Of a DNA stretch of 64,000 nt, positions 42,170 through 56,299 are shown piece by piece. The stretch's first letter is position 1; every line of letters begins with the position of its first letter. Where the stretch lies: the NCBI GenBank assembly GCA_951406725.2, contig OX597830.1, forward strand, positions 51,212,001 through 51,276,000. Reading direction: 5' to 3'. The stretch is from Octopus vulgaris (Eukaryota). The translations under genes and the position numbers were made by a program. Under the pieces are notes generated by a model. The model did no database searches. It was not told the origin of the DNA and worked only from the letters and a program-made list of their open reading frames with translations.

Positions 42170-43085
42170 ATTTAATAATATACTCAACACAATTGACCCA
42201 TTCATCAAATTCGTGAAAGAACCCAGTTGCAATGAATTACCATTACTGGATATTCACATAAAAATACACAACTCCATAGTCACAACAGACATTTTTTAAC
42301 AAAAAATGGACAAACACCAATATTTGAATTTCTACTCTTGCTATTCCTAACACATCAAAAGGAACATCACATACAGCATGGCAAGAAGTATCTGTACTAT
42401 AGCGATTGACCCCAAATTACGTTGAATCCGACTCAACGAGCTCAAAGGATTAATAAAAGAGGGAATTAAAAAGCTGAGTATCACACAACTAAAGAAACCA
42501 AAGGAAAAAAAATTGCTGAACACACAATTCCATTTATTAATACGCACATCACACCTACCTATACTTCTACAAAGCCCCCAGAAAAAAAATATGATTGATG
42601 AACCCCTTATGAAACAGCAGACGCCAACTAACTAATCTCAAAAAACACCTCTCAAGAGCAAAATTCATATCAAAGAATGAATCAGAATTTTCCGTAAAGG
42701 AACGTAGAGGTAGCTGTTGCGGAACATGCATCGACGACAACAACTTTAAATATACATAAAATTCAAGAGCAGGTTCTCGTCCAAAGTAAACGCGAATATG
42801 AATTGCAAGACGCAGAACCTCATATACAGCTTGACTTTCCCTAACTGCAAGGAAAATTATATTGGTGAAACAAACAATTCCCTCTGCCAACGTGCAGGAA
42901 TTCACAGACAACACATCCGACAAGAGGAATTGCGCAAGATTCCACTTAGCAAGTATCTAGAAATATGCGGTGAAGGAAAGTTCAAAATCTTCCCCTTTTA
43001 CAAATTAAATGTTCAAGAGATGACCCAAAATTCCGAAAAGCAATTGAGCTACACTTCATCAAAAAATTCTCTCCGACATTAAATA
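42170..43085 (+). mobile_element. Penelope-like retroelement relic (RT C-terminus plus GIY-YIG)
   Basis: ILNTIDPFIKF..LPLLDIHI..HQYLNFYSC..HIKRNITYSMARSICTI; ORF 42798-43082 NCKTQNLIYSLTFPNCKENYIGET..RAGIHRQHI. Confidence 0.85.
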
Positions 43086-43111
43086 TTTCAAAGAGGATCA
43101 GAGGAACTACA

Positions 43112-43258
<147 letters not shown>

Positions 43259-43457
43259 GTTGTTGTTGTTGTTGTTGAACAGTAATGATAATGGATGAAG
43301 AAGAGAAAACATTTATATTACAATCTTACTGTTGTTTCTGAATGTGGTTCCAATGTTAGTAACGTGATATTCATTTCTATAAATGATCAGGTATATATAC
43401 ATATATGTATATATATGTACACCTACATATATATATAAATACATATATACATATATG

Positions 43458-43519
<62 letters not shown>

Positions 43520-43524
<5 letters not shown>

Positions 43525-43553
43525 AATTAATATCCAATTTTTCACCCTCATTT

Positions 43554-43599
<46 letters not shown>

Positions 43600-43755
43600 A
43601 AATGAGGGTGAAAAATTGGATATTAATTTGATAACATCAATTTTAACACCAATGGTCTAACATATACAAAAAACTAAGATTCAGTAAATAGTATTTCATA
43701 CATAAATATACATGTGTGTGTGTGTATGTGTGTGTGTGTGTGTGCATGCGTGTGC

Positions 43756-43805
<50 letters not shown>

Positions 43806-43899
43806 TACTATTTACTGAACCTCAGTTTTTTTATATGCCAGACCACTGGTGTTAAAATTGATGATATGAAATCAATATCCAATTTTTTTACCCTCATTT

Positions 43900-43901
<2 letters not shown>
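43520..43901. repeat. Nested inverted repeats of one element terminus, each abutting (TA)n
   Basis: 43520-43555 and 43598-43633 are a perfect IR around an (AT)n spacer; 43598-43698 and 43801-43901 are an IR of roughly 88% identity around (TG)n. Confidence 0.85.
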
Positions 43902-43993
<92 letters not shown>

Positions 43994-44321
43994 CATATAG
44001 TGCAATATTGATAATAACGAGAATAGAGGTTTTTCACATCCATAAGTTTATTTAACAGTTATTTACAACATACTTCCCGCACCTACACGTGTTTCAACTG
44101 CACGCTGATATAGAACTATTTCTTAGTTTCATCATTTGGTTTATATTTCACTCTTTGTTAAACCCACACAAGGGTTTTTCCCTCATGAAACCAGAATTCT
44201 CTACACCTGAAGAAATTCGGTTTTAGTCTGCAAGCCGCGAGCGTTAACAGCTCAGAATTTAGATTGAGGGGCTTCAATACAAATATCCTACCTTTATAAC
44301 CTAGGACCTAAGATACATGTA

Positions 44322-44530
44322 TGAGGGGGTGCTGAAAAGTTCTTGGCTTTAGGTAAGAGAAAATACAGGAAGATCAGTGAATCATGATTTTAATCAACAT
44401 ATTCACCTCTCAGATTTACACGTTTATTGCAGCCGTCCTTTTATGCTCTGTACAATAACTTGGAAGGTTGGGCCTCCAGCCAGGCGTTTCACGATACCCT
44501 TAAAGGCTGGTAATTTTCAGCGACCCTTTG
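44322..44530. mobile_element. Mariner-derived MITE
   Basis: TA-tgagggggtgctgaaaagtt...aattttcagcgaccctttg-TA. Confidence 0.75.
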
Positions 44531-45946
44531 TATATTTGCGTGTTTCTTGCATACAACGTAAAACAATATTACGCACTCTTACACACACATAACCACATAT
44601 ATATGTACGTATTTTTGTGTAAGTATATATGTATGTATATATGTATGTATACATCTGCGTAAGTAGTCATATATATTCATATATATATACGCTTGTATGA
44701 GAATGTGCATGTTTGTGAATGTATATACTGGTTTGTAGGTACACAGGTAACAATAGAATACTGGGTTTGTATGGTATGTTGGGCGTCGACTGGTGTTGAT
44801 GTGATATATAAAGATTTTGTCCCGGACTTAAAAATCATTTGATTGTTAAACGGCAAAGTTATGTGACTTGCCTATTTAATTCTGTTTCACTCACCTAGAT
44901 CTGGCCAGATAACTACAAGGACAATACGATTAAACAGATTTAGCTGAAATGGTTTTGTTTTCGTGGTTTTTTGCATAGCCCAGTGTCATTGCTGATGAAC
45001 AGAGCAGACCTCTTGGCACCTCTTGGCTAAACTAATTGCTGCGATGCACACTGCTATAGAACTAGAACAAGCCATAAATAACTCCAAGTAACTGAGGGTC
45101 AATATTCCACAGCCTGAAACGCGTTGTTGTTGGTGGTGTTTATGGTGCTGGTGTTGGTGAAAGTAGCTATGGTATTAGTGATGGTAGCGGTGGTCATGTT
45201 GGTGGTAGTGTTAATGGTAGAGGTGGTAATGGTGTTGGTAGTGGTGGTGGCAGCAGTGGTAAATATTATTGTTGCTATTTTAGCCGTAGGTCAATTTCCG
45301 TTGAGCAGGCCAGCCATAACCATCCATCCCAGATTTTGTGGATGGGGAATGCATCTAAGACTTTATTACCTAATGTATCGTTCCTGTTTCATTTTTTTAA
45401 AACCATAAGGGTATGATCTGAGACATATTTGGCTATTACTTCTAGGAGTCCTGAAACCGAATAGATTCCATCTTCGAGCTGTTGTCGGAGTGCCTTGTGG
45501 TATTAAGTTATTTCTTTTCATGTTTGGGTTCGAATCCCGTCGAAGATGATTACTGAAGAAATCTTATCCTTCTATTGCTGTTTAAGCTCACGTGAGCACT
45601 GATTGAGTAAACATATAAGCAAAAGACGCTCCAATCCAGTCTTGACCACCATGTCTATTTGTACACATAGTGCTCCGCTAGCCAATATATGTTGCCTTTT
45701 TTAAGTGGCTACAGTGAGATGAAGCACTTTGGTTGCTATTTCTAACGGATCGAGAGACTATGTCCTAGACTTTCCGTGATGGGCTCGTATTTTTTTCACG
45801 TTAGCCTTGACTGAGCAGACCATCCACCCGTGACCGTCCTGTATTTTTCTCTGTTATTGTTTATCTAGAGCCTCCTTTTTCTAATGTATCCCTCCAATGA
45901 GTAATTTGAGAGATATTTCCCTTCCCGTACTGGTAGGGCCTGTAAG

Positions 45947-46278
45947 GCGGATGGTTCAGTAGTTAGAGCGTCGCGTTCACACTCACGAGGTAGTGAGTTC
46001 GATTCCCGGACAGTGTTGTGTTATGCTCTGGACCAAAGCACTTTATTTCACGTTGCTCTAGTTCACTCAGCTGTAGAAATGAGTTGCAGCATCACTGGTG
46101 CCAAGCTGTATCAGCGTTTCCCTTTCTCTTGGATAACATGAGTGGCGTGAAGAGCGGAGGCTGGTATGCATGGGCGACTGCTGGTCTTCCATAAACAATC
46201 TTGCTCGGACTTGTACCTCGGAGGGGAACATTCTAGGTGCAATTCCATGGTCATTTATGGCCGAAGCGGGGATCTTTA
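45947..46278 (+). mobile_element. SINE family A
   Basis: Colinear similarity to 13590-13921. Confidence 0.85.
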
Positions 46279-46450
46279 CATTTTTACTAGCAGAGATTGA
46301 TAGGTATATTAGATACCGGCAAGACAATGGGTCCTAGATTCAATTTGTCTGGAACCTTTATTAGTTACTTCCTTTTGTTGCGTATTTCTGGATTTTTAAC
46401 GACGAAACAAAACTATAATTGCTCACAGTTTTGATATTTCAATTGAGTTA

Positions 46451-46662
46451 AGGGCGACGAGCTGGCACACTCGTTAGCACGACGGGCACAATGCTTGGCG
46501 GCGTTTCGCCCGTCTCTACGTTCTGAGTTAAAATTCCGCCGAGGTAGGCTTTGCCTTTCATCCTTTCGTGGTCGATGAAATAAGTACCAGTTGAATACTG
46601 GGGTCGATGTAATCGACTTACACCCGCCCTCGAAATGCTGGCCTTGTGCCAGAATTTGAATA
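46451..46662 (+). mobile_element. SINE family C
   Basis: Well-preserved copy with B box gagttaaaattcc. Confidence 0.82.
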
Positions 46663-47014
46663 TTGGAATTTGTATTATAAATAAAAAATATCTTTGCTCT
46701 CAATTTTAACAAGAAGACTCACTTGATCACTTGACGCGCTAGAAATAGCAGTAAAGTTTCCCTTGTATTACATCTTTAAAATGTGAGATTAATGGATAGT
46801 GTGGTCTTAGATACACTATGTCTGAAAAAAAATTTACCAGAAAACAAAGACGGATTGGTCACGGTGGAATAAGTTTGATTGTAAGTATACTCGCTCAGAA
46901 CTGACCTCGGGCAAGACATAAACAATAACAACAATAGCGTTGACAATTGCTTACTGCATTAGATAAAATATCACGTTCATTTTTATGTTATTGTTCATAT
47001 TGCAAAAGTTCATC

Positions 47015-47371
47015 AAGCAGTTGTAGTTGTTTTTGTTGTTGAGTGAACGGTCTTCGTCCCAGAGCTCGCAAGATGGGAGAAGTCCGATTCGTGGTCCTTT
47101 GCCATTCGTAAGACCCGCAGAAGAGAAATCAAGTCAACCCCCAACACCGAGAGCATCGACGGATGGATGAATGCGCATCCAGGGACAAGAAAGAGTGAGA
47201 GAAAGTTGGAGCGAAAGAGTACAACAGGGGTCGCCAAAACCTCCCGCCGGAGCCGCGTGGAGCTTTAGGTGTTTTCGCTCAATAAACACGCACAACGCCC
47301 GGTCTGGGAATCGAAACCGCGATCCTCCGACCGCGAGCCCGCTGCCCTAACCATTGGGCCATTGCGCCTCC
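47015..47371 (-). mobile_element. SINE family D, tail type 2
   Basis: Colinear with 36555-36941, with an internal deletion. Confidence 0.85.
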
Positions 47372-47749
47372 TGTTGTTTGTGTGGATGATATTGCTCTGT
47401 AGTTGTTGATGTACTTGTTTGTTTGTTTATTTATTTGTTGTTGTTGTTGTTGTCGGGATAGCTACTTGAAATATTTCTGCTATCGCCACTCGGAACACAT
47501 AATTCATGTCTTAAGTTGTCACATTTTATGTTATTTCTTGCTGTAACGAAAGAGTATGTGGTTGGCCGAATGGGCGGTATCTCGAAATGTTGTTGCGACG
47601 ATACGTTCATGCTTACCTACACACACTTATACACAAATACACACCATACACTCGCACACGCACATACACACATATGTATATATGTTTACACCCAGCAAGA
47701 GGAAAAGTACTCTATACATGGTTTAGAGTATAATTCTTTTTTTTTTTTA

Positions 47750-48230
47750 AACATCTTAGCAGTACAGCAACGTTTCTTCATCATTCGAATGATCAAACAC
47801 CACCTCACTAACAGTGACAATATGCTCTTTTTCTGCTTCATAAATTCTGTATTAACTCTATGCAACTTTCACTCTATGCAAACTCAGTTTTTTTCTTTTA
47901 AAATCATGTGACACGAAATTTTACGGATGCCTCTTGTTTTGGAAAATTAACGAACCGACAAGGTACGATTTTTTACGGATTACAGCTCGCTCTTTGCTTA
48001 TGCTACCATCGTTGCTTGTCGTGAAAGGCCGCCCAGATTTGGAACCGTGTTCGATGGCTTTTGAGTTCAATTTCAAACGTTCATACGATTCGCGATATTG
48101 CGCATGGCTCAGACAAGCCTTCAGACAAGCTCTCAGTCAAGACTCCCTTTAGGACTACATTAGAAAATAAACCACCAATTTCGTTCCCAGTTTGAAACGG
48201 AACGTCAAACAGTGATCTACCAAACCTATC
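47750..48230 (-). mobile_element. Decayed mariner N-terminal fragment
   Basis: CLSHAQYRESYERLK..SGRPFT..RAVIR resembles the mariner HTH region. Confidence 0.5.
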
Positions 48231-48978
48231 ATTGCTTATTTTGCTTGATAAAGTTAAGTTAATTAAACATACGTCGACCTTACAGTATATCTAAAAATGT
48301 TATACCCTTAGCTGCTATCATAAAGAGCTTTCTATTAATATCGGTAAAAGGATCTGTAACATATCTTCTGTTAAGTAAACTTTCAACAGTGGCAGGGAAT
48401 ATTATATTATAATGAATATTATGCAGAATTGGTTTCGCAAAAAATACATTTTACACCTTGATAGAGAAAACTACAATTAACATTAGAAAAACCGAAAAAT
48501 GGGAGATTATGTGTCATAATCCATAATTTAGTTTAAATGTAAACCTAAATATTGCCTTTTTTTTCCTAATTCTAATACCCAAACACTCTCCCACAAACTG
48601 TAAACGTCAAAAATTCTCATGAAAAATATAGTTAAATTAACGATAATTCGTTCAACCACTCTGCCACTTCTTCAGCTATAATTAGGAGGAATATTTACGC
48701 ACAAATTCGAGACGTTAGCTCCCACAATACTGCACCATTTTATTACATTGTAAATCATATCCCAAAATGTTCTCCAGACAGATCTCTATGAAGTTGCTAA
48801 CCAACATTCTCACCAATCTCTGGTTCACAGACATGCTATCGCACCAGGCTGCCGCTAATAGAATTGCCACGGCTCTTTAGACCTGGTTCATTAAATGCCA
48901 CTCCCAATCCACTCAGCTTCTTCTGTCTCATTCGTTTGCCCTTCTCTTGTCACCAACGCTCAGTACATCATTCTAGAC

Positions 48979-49462
48979 CAGGAGTGGGGAAACTTTTTAG
49001 TGCGGCGGGTAAAAGTTTCCAAAGAAAAAGATCCGCGGGCTGATCACAAGTTCTAACTCTTATATCTGTGTAAATCTTGTATATATCTATTCGATATACA
49101 TTAATAAAGATAAATTTAACACATTAAATTAACGCGTAACACCTCCATCAACGCCGCCACAGAATTTAGGATGTTTATATTACTTATGAGGTGTTCTATA
49201 TGTTTTAGGTTGGGTCTCAAGGAGTGGTACAAACCTAGCAATTTGTGTGTTACAGTGAAAACAAAAGTTTCTGTTTGAGTCTAACCGTTTTAAGTCGTAC
49301 TGGAAACGCGACCTATATTGCAAATAGGCATGCGAATATTGTACAAATTTTATAATTGGAAAATTTACTATATTTTGTACATACGAGTGTATCAGCCTGC
49401 GGACGCAATAAAAGCTGCTCGCATGTGCAATTGCGCCCGCAAGCGGGGATTTACCAATCCTG
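48979..49462. mobile_element. hAT (Charlie-like) non-autonomous element
   Basis: TIRs caggagtggggaaac / gatttaccaatcctg; 8-bp flanks ttctagac and ttcgaggc (6/8 match). Confidence 0.65.
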
Positions 49463-49744
49463 TTCGAGGCCATCATTCATAACCACTACGTCGTGTCCTT
49501 TCTACACTGGATTTCCCTCTGTGGACGGTGCAGTGCATACATACATACATACATACATACATACATACATACATACATACATACATACATACATACACAT
49601 ACATACATACATATACATACATACATACATACATACATACATACATACATACATACATACATACATACATACATACATACATACATACATACATACATAC
49701 ACAAATACATACATACATATAAACATACATGCATAAATACATAC

Positions 49745-49998
49745 ATGGTGATTGTTCCATCGTCACAGATAACTGCCATCTCGTTGAATTTGTAGTTCCT
49801 TGTTTTCAATAGCATTTCTGACTTTCCGCCCATGGTACCCCAGTTGACTATTTAGTCTCGTTGACGTTCTGCATGATTCAGAACAAAGGTGAGAAACGAA
49901 AGTTCTAACTTTCTCTTCGCTTACAACTAGTCTAGTTTGGTTTGCAGATGTCACTTTTCCAAGATTTTCGATACATGGAATAACGAATAAGGCCAACC
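49745..49998 (-). other. Candidate host exon (5'UTR plus start codon), unverified
   Basis: tttag| acceptor at 49999, in-frame upstream TAA, ACCATGG at 49833, MGGKSEMLLKTRNYKFNEMAVICDDGTIT, AT|gtatgt donor. Protein not recognised. Confidence 0.3.
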
Positions 49999-50354
49999 CT
50001 AAACAGATATATGTACGTCATTACATTATAGCCGTGGGCATGACTTTAAGCTGCATCCTGTATTTGAGGCTCTGGTTCAGGAGAACCAGGGTTTTGAGGA
50101 GTGTAGAACCACCTCTTAGCAACTATTGGTCCCAGGTCTACTCTGGGACCAATCGTCAGAGTCCCAGCTATGAATGAACTAGCATATATGATGGCAATCC
50201 TTCTGAGTATAGAAACGCGGAAGAAACTTTAGTTGGTGTCAGAACGTGCAGAGCTGTCACTATATGCTAATCACAGTGACTCAGAGTTATATTGCACATG
50301 TGTTTTTCCCTACGTATATACATACATAGCCACACCTACGCATATATACATACA

Positions 50355-50386
<32 letters not shown>

Positions 50387-50576
50387 CACACACGTACATA
50401 CATACATACATACATACATACACACACACGCACATACATACATACATACATACATACATACATACATACATACATACATACATACATACATACATACACA
50501 TACATACATACATACACACACACGTACATACACACATACATACATACATACATACATACATACATACATACATACA

Positions 50577-50605
<29 letters not shown>

Positions 50606-50607
<2 letters not shown>

Positions 50608-51300
50608 CAAGGTATTATCTCTCAATGCGACACGGTGTTGTCGTCAAAACGATATACAATACTCTTCGAAAAAAAACTGTCATGAGATAAACATAGAGAA
50701 ACTCCGGTTATTGAATGAATACAAAAGCATCAACACTAGGAATATTGGTGAAGCATTCCCATAAAACTTCTACAAATTGCAGAACTAACACGTCGGAGGA
50801 TAGCATTGTTTTTGTGATAGACCAGAAAAAGTATATATTGTCATAGAGGCCAAAGAAAAAGGATAAATATAGACAATTGTTTCGAAACATCCAGCTTCTA
50901 TATCCAGATTATAAATTCCCTTTTATATAAATAGTAATTAGTGCTCTTGTTTTTGTAAGGAAAGACCTAAGTGACAACCTGCTTAAGCTGGGTATTAATA
51001 AAAAAACAATCAACCAGCTAAATCGCATATTACAAATACAAGTGGAACAGTAAAAACATGCAAGACTTTTCTCAAGTTCAGATGTGAATTTGTTTTTGTT
51101 ATCTACATTCCAATGATTAAGCTTTATATCTTTGTTAGAAACCAGTTCCTTGTTTAGAGGAGGAATTTAAATAATTATGAATAGAACTCAATGTGTGTGC
51201 ATGTGGTATGTGTGTGAGGGAGAGAGAATGTATCTGTGTGTTTTTGAGTGTTTATATCTAATGTGCTGAATCTGAGAGTTCCATTATAAACATGTTTAAA
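50606..51300 (+). mobile_element. Related RLE element 3' fragment starting in (CATA)n
   Basis: SRYYLSMRH..IPIKTS..KY..IQLLYPDYKF..SGTVKTCKTFLKF. Confidence 0.7.
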
Positions 51301-51727
51301 ATTCAAGATATTGTAACTTCAATGCAATAACCAGGAATGCAATGAATTTGCATAAAGAAAATTTGGTTAAAATGAATGTTAGCAGCAAAATATTTTAGAA
51401 TAATAAAAAGAAAACCATTCACAAAAATTTCATAATTTCGTTTTAAGCACTACAACTATTTTAAAGGTAAAAATATAAAAATAATTATCAATGTTAAAAG
51501 AAAACGTTACATTTTAATCTGATCGGGAAACCTTTTCATCAGAAATTAAAAATTCTATTATAATAACGTAATTATCATACGGTGACACTGTTTATATTTT
51601 AGCCGTGGAAACAATTGGAGGATCTAGAATGACATTATGAAACGTGTGGAATATTATATGTGTGTATGTGTGTATGTGCGCTTAATGTATATATGTATAT
51701 ACATACATATATATGTGTGTGTCTGTT

Positions 51728-51779
<52 letters not shown>

Positions 51780-52675
51780 CGAGAGGACACCCAAAAGAAA
51801 CTGGAATTTTGCAATATTATTTTATTCACTAAGTTTTACATATTTATATTTTTATCTTCTTCAAAGTATTCTCCATTTGAAGCGATGCATCGGTCCAAGC
51901 TCATTTTCCACTATTCGAAGCAATACTGGAACTCTTGCAAAGTGATGCCTTTTAACATCTCTATCGTTTTATACTTCACCTCTTTCACATCTGCAAATTC
52001 CGTAGCACCTTTTTTCGTTCCAGTGATGCCCTTTGAAAAAAATGTCCTGATTAACTTCCAACTATTCTTTCAGTTCACGACACGCATTCAATCGTGACTG
52101 CTTTTGATCTTCCGTGAACAAGCGATGCACAAATGTTGCTGCAAAACATTTTCATTCGCAATTTCTCGCTCAAAATTCGTTAGCAGGAGCTCCAGAACAC
52201 ACCAGTCATATCAACAAGTTTGTCCATTGTTTGGTAACTGTCCTTCAAGATCTGTTCATGAATTTTCATGATGTTTTAATTCGTTTGGGGAGGTCAACAG
52301 TCGTCCTGAACTAGGCTGGTCTTCAAACGACAAGTGACCATCCCTAAAGCGTGGAAGTCACTCGTAAACTTGCGTTTTGCTCATGGCAGCGTCCGTGTAA
52401 ACTGTTTCAGGCAAAACAACTGATTCCGCGGCAGTTTTCCCCAGTAGAAAACAGAATTTCATGGAAGCACGATGTTCCTTCTTCTCAGCCATCGCAAAAG
52501 TCGCCGAACAGGGGAGAAACGCTGCAAAAGGAAGTCGCACAACTTGACAGTACGACTGCAGTCGGCACACTGATGCCTGAGGGTCGCATCAAGTGATTTG
52601 TAGCAGCGGAAGACTGAATTACAGCGTCCATGTCCCACAGAGTCCTTTCCTGCTTACTCTTGTGTACCGCCTTGT
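51780..52675 (-). mobile_element. Internally deleted mariner element
   Basis: EHRASMKFCFLLGKTAAE..AMSKTQVYE; C-terminal remnant near 51860-51960; degenerate TIRs. Confidence 0.85.
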
Positions 52676-53040
52676 ATATATATATATATATATATATATA
52701 TGAAGTAGAAAAACAGCCGACAATTGACAAAGTGTCGTTTTTTTATGTTGCTTGTCTTGTTTTCCATTTGTTTCTTTCGTAGTTCGCAAAAAAAGATCGT
52801 ATTCCATGTTCTCGTACTACATGTTGTTTAAGTTCTGTGGCGTCCTGTGCCTGTGTATGCATGTGTATATAGAATATATATATGTGTGTATGCGTATACA
52901 TTTATATATTATTTATATTATATATATACATATATATATATACATACATATGTACATATATGTAAATATGTATATATATATGTATGTATATGTGTGTATA
53001 TATATACATATATTTATGCATACATATATATACATATATT

Positions 53041-53099
<59 letters not shown>

Positions 53100-53463
53100 T
53101 CCGAATTAGTGTAAATGTTTATAGAATAATGTATCAGTTCAAAAAAGTTAGAGCATGGTCTAGATTTCACATTTTTTTATCATTGTATTTTTTTTTTAAA
53201 TTTACAATGATGAAGAGTGTTAAATATTGAAAAAATATTTAGTAAAGTTCAATTTGTGCTTTCGTACGTTCGTAGTAATCATCAGATTTCAAAATGTATT
53301 AACTGAGAGTTTCAATGTTTAGCAGTCCTCAACATTGTAAAAATAATTTTATAAATGCAACAATAAAAGCGTAAATACCTGAAAATGTTGTATCTTTATT
53401 CAGCTGATATATATATTTATATATATATATATATATATGCATATATAGTGGTAGTGGTAGTGT

Positions 53464-53792
53464 CCCCCTTCGGTCAGACACTGACCATGGGTTTGCACCT
53501 AGAGAGTTACCCTCTGAGGCACAAGTCTGGGCAAGGTTGTTTTATGGAAGACCAGCAGTCGCCCATGCATACCGGCCTCCCCTCTCCACGTCACCGATGT
53601 TGTCCAAGGGAAAGGCAAGGGCCGATACAGCTTGGCACCTGTGACGTCGCAACTCATTTCTACAGCTGAGTGAACTGGAGCAACGTGAAATAAAGTGTCT
53701 TGCTCAAGAACACAACACGCAGCCCGCTCCGGGATTCGAGCTCACAACCTCACGATCGTAAGCTCGATGCTCTAACCACTGAGCCACGCGCC
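53464..53792 (-). mobile_element. SINE family A
   Basis: Reverse-complement similarity to 13590-13921. Confidence 0.88.
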
Positions 53793-54019
53793 TTCACTAT
53801 GCATATATACATATACATATATATACACACACATATATATATACATATACATATAAGCATATGCACACATATATATACACATGCACATATATAAGTATAT
53901 ATATATGTATATTCATATATATTAGTTAACTATTTTTATGCATCTATATATCTGTATGCACGCGCACACGCGCACCCGCAAACACATATATACTTATAGG
54001 CACTTGATATACCTATATC

Positions 54020-55066
54020 TGCCCATACTCGCTTTTCGAACTTTCCAAATGCAACAATTCCCATTCCCTATTCGATGGTATATCTCTGCATCAAAACAAC
54101 CATCTCTTGACAGTGTGCTTCCAAGATAAACAAAAGAGTCAATGACTTCTAACCTTGTTCCAGTCACAAAAATGTTTGGTTCAGAATACGGTTGCCCTGG
54201 CACGGTAGTAAACATTTTTTTGGATTTTCGAAGACTAATTGTGAATCAATCCAAAATACATGCATTCAGTGGAAAGTCTGTCCACTATATATTGCAGATC
54301 CTCCTCTGAATGTGCCATCAAATCGGCATCATCAGAGTAAAGTGTTTTGAAAGTCATTGCTGTGCAAGTAAACCGGGCCAAATTGAAAATATGACCAGAT
54401 GTCCGAAATTTGATTCCGATTCCCCTGTTACAATCCTTGAAAGCATACAAAAGCAATGACGCAAAATGAATAGAGGAAGGTTTAGGGGGTGGGAAAAGCT
54501 CCCTGTTTGACACCACTGTCCGCAGAAAATTCGTAAGATAGCTCACCATTAAAAACTTTCGTGTTTCCGTGTAGTTCCTTAAAGATGCTCACATAATGTG
54601 TTGGACAACTAAGATTACACACAACCATCCACAGCGCCTCCCAGTTTACCGTGTAAGACGCTTTAGTCAAATCTATGAATACCTGGTATTGCGGCATTTG
54701 TTCCTCTGAGTATTTCTCTTGTGCCTGTCTTGCAGAAAATATTATGTCCATTGTTCCTCGCTCAGGTCTGGAACCACTTATTTTCAACGAGACGATCTAA
54801 CATGATTGATGAAAGTATTTTCCCATTATGTGCCAGGAGAGTTTTCCCTCTTGAATTACCACATACTAATTTTGGGCTTTTACCCTTGTAAATAGAAATT
54901 CCAAACACGAAATATCAGGCAATGAATTTCAGATGAAATAGGACCCCCTTCCTGCTTTCAGAAACTCAACTGGAAAACCATACAATCCAGAAGCTTTACC
55001 TGATCTTAGTTTATGTAATTCCAGATTTACATCTTCCATGGTAGATATATCGTCCGTGAGCTGCAC
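54020..55066 (-). mobile_element. RTE-clade LINE relic (RT domain)
   Basis: RGTMDIIFSARQAQEK, FIDLTKA, GVKQG, LYSDDADL, FVYLGSTLS. Confidence 0.88.
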
Positions 55067-55182
55067 TATGTCTCTATGCGGAATGTTGTTTGATATCCAT
55101 GTTCACTACTGAAGGAGTGTGGAAAAGATCTTTCGGAAAGATAGATAGACAGACAGAGAGACTGACAGACATACATACAGAC

Positions 55183-55247
<65 letters not shown>

Positions 55248-55263
55248 TGATAGATAGATAGAT

Positions 55264-55343
<80 letters not shown>

Positions 55344-55441
55344 GCATGCATACGTACGTACGTCATGCAAAGATACATACATACACTGGATACAGCTATC
55401 GATATATATATAAATATAGATACACACAAACACATACATAA

Positions 55442-55501
<60 letters not shown>

Positions 55502-55951
55502 ATAGAGACAGAGAGGAAAAGGAAAGTGTATATATATAATATAATATAAATGTATATATTAGATAAATAAATACACACACACGCATACACTTGCATATAT
55601 AATTATACACAAACACACATATCACACACGCACGCACAAATACACGCACGCGCGTGCACACAGACACACACACTGATTGTTACAGGTAGACACAAGATTT
55701 GACATTTTTACGCGGTGTACAAATGTCTTATCTAAAGCACTTAGAGTTTTTCTTATTGTTGTTATTGCAGTAATTGCTGTTGTTGTTTTGTTGTTGTTGC
55801 TGTTGTTGTTGTTGTTGTTGCTGTTGTTGTTGTTGTTGTTGTTGTTAGCTGAACAATTCCCTCATTTGACAACTAATTAAATTACAACTTTAGTTTGTTT
55901 ATTAGCAAAAAGTAAAACGAAAGAAAGCAAACCTAACCAGAAAGAACAAAT

Positions 55952-55989
<38 letters not shown>

Positions 55990-56192
55990 ATAGAGAGAAA
56001 AATAAATAAACCTATAATAGATATAACAAGTTATTATCTCTTCTAACCCTGACCACCATACGAGTTGTATCCTCTTGAGAGACGTTCCAATATTTGACTC
56101 ATTTATTCACCAAGCCTGACATTGCTGTTAGCCAACGCCCTGTTATTTATACTGTGGCATGCACATTATAAAACAACACACACACATACAAA

Positions 56193-56230
<38 letters not shown>

Positions 56231-56299
56231 CATACATACATATACATACATATATATACATATACATACATGCGCACATTTTACATAGTTTTAATATAA

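Noticed and set aside
43318-43395. Hammerhead-like half motif (GAAACAACAGTA on minus)
   Set aside because: No convincing CUGANGA box.
44078-44141. Functional hammerhead on minus (ATGATGA..GAAACACGTGTA)
   Set aside because: C3 is lost and stem I is poor; relic at best.
45124-45408. Hydrophobic Val-rich ORF resembling a membrane protein
   Set aside because: Decayed (GGT)n repeat followed by an old interspersed repeat.
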